The notes beneath the pieces were generated by a model that saw nothing but the letters and a program-made list of their open reading frames with translations, was not told where the DNA came from and made no database searches. From Nitrosopumilus sp. (lineage in GTDB: Archaea; Thermoproteota; Nitrososphaeria; Nitrososphaerales; Nitrosopumilaceae), in NCBI GenBank assembly GCA_965249555.1, contig OZ252243.1:1504001-1568000 (forward strand): a stretch of DNA of 64,000 bases. The letters are read 5' to 3'. Positions 60,396 through 64,000 of this stretch are shown in pieces. The stretch's first letter is position 1; every line of letters starts with the position of its first letter. A program made the translations under genes and the position numbers.

Positions 60396-60878
60396 TTCCA
60401 TTCAACTGTTGTATGCAATTAAGATATTTTCAGGTTTGTGTTATTAATGATTTTGACATATTATACATATGGAACCACTATCAGTAATCATGAAACAGCG
60501 TGATGATACTTTTTGCTGGAACAATGTTTGCTTTAATTGTTCTACACTGTACATCAGGGAGATGAAGATACAACAGGGATTGTAATTTGTTTGATCTGTT
60601 AAAGTATGTGTTAGGGGCAGAATACCCAATCACCTAATTCAAAATGCCTCAAAGTAAAGATTCTGAACAGACACAAATTGTATAGTTTTGGTGATCTGTA
60701 TGCAGAAAAGTTCATGCATAAAACTCATAGACTCATACCTCCATATCACAATACAATGACTGAACTCTTTTCAAAGCTTTTATAAATTATAAATAATTCT
60801 GTTGCAATATGAACAAAGTATTATTCTCTGCGTTAATGGGTGGAGTGGGCTTGGCCTCATTTGTCATATAACTCACCC

Positions 60879-63800
60879 TTGCAGGCAATTATCAGGTACC
60901 CATTTCTCTGCCTCGTATTTGCGGCACTATTTGCCATATCACTGGTCCTTGGGAGTGCCGAGGCCACCCAAGTCACCATCACACCGCTAACTTATGTAGA
61001 TGGTCAGACGGCAATTGAGCCAGGCTCTTTTAACATTATAGTGGATGACAGCCTTCGTCTAACTACGACCTTTGTTCCGCGGCAAGCCGGTGATTGGAGG
61101 ATTACGTCTGATGGTTTTGATCCTCTTGATGGCAGTGTTACTCAATCTGAGGTAAATAATAATGCACGTTTAGGGGATTTTAACAGACAACTGAGTATTG
61201 GTTTTGAGGACGATATCGTTCTTTTCTTCAAACCCAGTGGGGCTAGTGAATTTGCAAAAGTTGCAAGTGGAAACGTGGGGATTGTTCCTGATCTACCTGT
61301 ACTCAGGGTGGTAGGTGTCACTCCGACGTCTATAACGCTTGAATGGGATGATGTGGATGGTGCCCGTGGATACCATTTATTCATAAATGCAGTCGCACAT
61401 ATTACCACTGATCCATCAATCACTTTTGATGAATTAGATCCTGGAACAGAGTACTCTATTGCTGCCATAACAACAACAATTGGTAGTAACGCTATTAGTG
61501 CCAGATCTGCTCCGTTGGATGTAACCACATTGGCTGTAACTCCCTTGTCTGCAACAATAACTTATGCAGATGACCAGACGGCACTTGCCGAAAACATTTT
61601 TGCCGTTATACTGCCTTCCCCGGGAAATGCGGTAAATGTGTGGATTTCACCGCTAGAGAAGGGCACACTTAGATTTGAATCTAGTAATATTGGGAAGAAT
61701 GTCCCGGTTGCTTCAGGTGTGGATCAGACTGTTGCAAGGCCGCTGCCTCATGGTGATGATAATATTGTCATTTCATCAAGCGGTACAGAAGTTGCAAGGA
61801 TATCTATAACGACTGAGCTGGATCCTGATGAACCAGTTTATGCAGAAGAGCAGACGGCAATCCGGGAAGGCTCTTTACGTTATGAGCCGGTTGTAGATGG
61901 TAGCAGCATAAGTGTGAACTTTGTGCCAACAGACGCCGGCAACTTTGTATTTAGATATGGTGACTCTACTTCCACCTCTATTATTAATAAGTTGGGTGCA
62001 GAAGTAACAGTCGGCCTCCCCGTAGGTCATGATTATGATGATGACGTTATCATTGAATTCGGCGGCGTAGAAGCTGTAAGGATGCATGTAACGACCCCGT
62101 CTGAAGACGGTGTATCAATCCAAGCAGGCTCGTTTGTGGTTGTTGATACGATAAATGCAGACGCATTACGCGTAGAATTTGTACCGTTAAAGGAAGGCAC
62201 ATTTACGGTTACGGCAGGTGATACAAGTGAGACAGTTGACGTCTCAGCTGGGGATGTATCGGAATCAACACCAAAAGGGACTGAAATAACAGTCGGGTAT
62301 GAATTTGATGATAATGTCATCCTTTCATTTGGAGGCAAGGATGCTGCAAGGATACATGTGACGACCGGACCCACACCACTCGTACCTTCAGCGCCATCGC
62401 TTAGAATTACAGGTACCACTCATGACACTGTAACGCTCTCATGGGATGCAGTACATCGTGCCGACACCTACACCCTGACCCGAACCCTTGGAAGCAACCC
62501 TGCTGTAACGGTGCTATCTGGAATCGCTGACCTGACTTTTACTGATAAGAACCTGGCTGCCGAAACCGATTACACGTATTCCCTTACGGCGATAAATTCT
62601 GTCGGGCCAAGCGAACCTTCCGAGGATACTGTAACCACTGATGCTGCCCCAACTCCACCCGATACCCCGACACTTGTAGCGGGAGTAACCACCCATAATA
62701 CCGTCAGCCTCTCATGGGACGAACCGACCGGGGCCGACAGCTACATACTGACCAGGACTGCCGGCACGGTGATAATTGAGATACCGGTAACTGGGGGAAC
62801 GCACACTGACGATGCTTTGAAATCTGGAGTACAATACACCTATTCCATAAGGGCAGTGTCTGCAATTGGAGCCAGTCCAGATTCTAATGATGTCATCGTA
62901 ACCACGATTCCAGTACCCATAACACCTACCACGCCAACTTACACGGACGGCCAGACTGCAATCGATGAATCCTTTGGCATTATCCTGCTTGGCGATGGCA
63001 CGGCAGGGGTATTCTTTGATGCCACCGATGACGGAAAATATCATGTCGGGTGGGGAGCAGAGACTAGTACCCCTATTACTTACGAGGATGGCTACAGTGC
63101 ATATGTCGTGATTCCTATTGGCGACTATGCCGGCGTTGTCATCTTGTTCTTTGACGATAACGAGGTTGCAAGGCAAGTGGTACCTGCCGTGATAAGCCCG
63201 ATCAAAGACGGTACCCTGTCAGTCACTGATGATGCAGACGGGATCATAACCGTATCACTTACGCCGGCATTTGCCGGCACGTTTTCTGTCAGCACCAATT
63301 CCCTAGAGTCTGAAAAAATTCCCGGCGTACCTGATACCCAGATAGATATTACCCTGGATGTCGGACATGGCTTTGCCGAGGATGTCCTTGTCTCATTCAA
63401 TAATATTATAGTTGCAGGGATATTTGTAACGACCGTCCCTGATGCCCCGGCGCTTGTTCTGGGGCCCGTCACCAGCACCAGCATCACCCTCTCATGGAAT
63501 TCGGTGGATAATGCCGATAGATACACCCTGACCAGAACCGCTGATGGCACTGATGTAATAATAGTATCAGGCAACGTATTGACTTTCACTGATGAGGGTC
63601 TTGCTGCCGGAACCAATTACGTGTATGCCATTACGGCGACAACTCCTGAGGGCAGAACAGGCGCTATATCTGCAGAGCTTGCAGTTGATATTGGCTCTGC
63701 TGCAGAATCCTTTGGCGTCATAGTGGACGGTGATGGTGCATCCGTATCCTTTACACCGCTAGTACCTGGCGATTTCACGATTGGATACGGCGATGATTCA

Positions 63801-64000
63801 GCCAATGATGTTACCATCTCTGTCGCGACTGGCAAGTTGTCTGCAAAACTAACCACGATAAAGGTCGGCTATAATTTTAACGGCCCGGTCACCCTCTCCC
63901 TTGATAATGATATTATTGGCAGGATATTGATAGTCACCGAGCCTCCTCCTACCACGCTTGATGCAACGGCAGTCACCGATACGAGCATCACCCTTGCATG
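60879..64000 (+). CDS. Giant secreted fibronectin type III repeat protein with interspersed unrecognised beta-rich repeats; partial, runs off right edge (>1040 aa)
   Basis: TTG start MQAIIRYPFLCLVFAALFAISLVLGSAEA; FN3 motifs (TSITLEWD...LDPGTEY; TVTLSWD...LAAETDYTY; SITLSWN...LAAGTNYVY); frame stays open to 64000; visibly GC-richer than the core. Confidence 0.88.
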   Translation, partial: MQAIIRYPFLCLVFAALFAISLVLGSAEATQVTITPLTYVDGQTAIEPGSFNIIVDDSLRLTTTFVPRQAGDWRITSDGFDPLDGSVTQSEVNNNARLGDFNRQLSIGFEDDIVLFFKPSGASEFAKVASGNVGIVPDLPVLRVVGVTPTSITLEWDDVDGARGYHLFINAVAHITTDPSITFDELDPGTEYSIAAITTTIGSNAISARSAPLDVTTLAVTPLSATITYADDQTALAENIFAVILPSPGNAVNVWISPLEKGTLRFESSNIGKNVPVASGVDQTVARPLPHGDDNIVISSSGTEVARISITTELDPDEPVYAEEQTAIREGSLRYEPVVDGSSISVNFVPTDAGNFVFRYGDSTSTSIINKLGAEVTVGLPVGHDYDDDVIIEFGGVEAVRMHVTTPSEDGVSIQAGSFVVVDTINADALRVEFVPLKEGTFTVTAGDTSETVDVSAGDVSESTPKGTEITVGYEFDDNVILSFGGKDAARIHVTTGPTPLVPSAPSLRITGTTHDTVTLSWDAVHRADTYTLTRTLGSNPAVTVLSGIADLTFTDKNLAAETDYTYSLTAINSVGPSEPSEDTVTTDAAPTPPDTPTLVAGVTTHNTVSLSWDEPTGADSYILTRTAGTVIIEIPVTGGTHTDDALKSGVQYTYSIRAVSAIGASPDSNDVIVTTIPVPITPTTPTYTDGQTAIDESFGIILLGDGTAGVFFDATDDGKYHVGWGAETSTPITYEDGYSAYVVIPIGDYAGVVILFFDDNEVARQVVPAVISPIKDGTLSVTDDADGIITVSLTPAFAGTFSVSTNSLESEKIPGVPDTQIDITLDVGHGFAEDVLVSFNNIIVAGIFVTTVPDAPALVLGPVTSTSITLSWNSVDNADRYTLTRTADGTDVIIVSGNVLTFTDEGLAAGTNYVYAITATTPEGRTGAISAELAVDIGSAAESFGVIVDGDGASVSFTPLVPGDFTIGYGDDSANDVTISVATGKLSAKLTTIKVGYNFNGPVTLSLDNDIIGRILIVTEPPPTTLDATAVTDTSITLA

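Noticed and set aside
60809-60871. 20-aa hydrophobic ORF MNKVLFSALMGGVGLASFVI upstream of the FN3 gene
   Set aside because: Too short to support; the FN3 gene has its own signal peptide in another frame
61142-63856. Minus-strand ORFs listed in the track
   Set aside because: Antisense shadows of the plus-strand FN3 gene

Overview
AT-rich chromosomal segment of an ammonia-oxidising archaeon (Nitrososphaerota, Nitrosopumilus-like). This is inferred from TFB, Gar1, SRP19, S8e, eIF-1A, eIF-5A, intron-containing tRNAs, frequent TTG/GTG starts and thaumarchaeal C-terminal 'IPxWIK' modules. The core holds tetrapyrrole/alternative-haem genes (hemLC-cobA-hemD; hemB-hemA-sirC, fused ahbAB, ChdC-like), SUF genes (sufBD-Rieske-sufSU, with a remote sufC), Pit/DUF47, SbtA/SbtB, an ars cluster, pgk and ScpAB. 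Accessory DNA: (i) two giant secreted proteins running off each window edge and absent from the ORF track: a LivK-type multi-domain protein with two Cache-like domains nested inside one binding domain, and a GC-richer FN3 protein with an unrecognised repeat; (ii) an integrase remnant behind tRNA-Glu; (iii) a decayed provirus-like gene run abutting a serine-bodied tRNA that reads GAA; (iv) three decayed IS110-family elements, two sharing a structured downstream non-coding end resembling a bridge/seek RNA. Several unannotated Cys-rich micro-ORFs occur, one metallothionein-like. Pseudogenes plus giant adhesin-like genes suggest a host-associated (e.g. sponge) lineage (inference). All calls come from reading the sequence; no searches were run.
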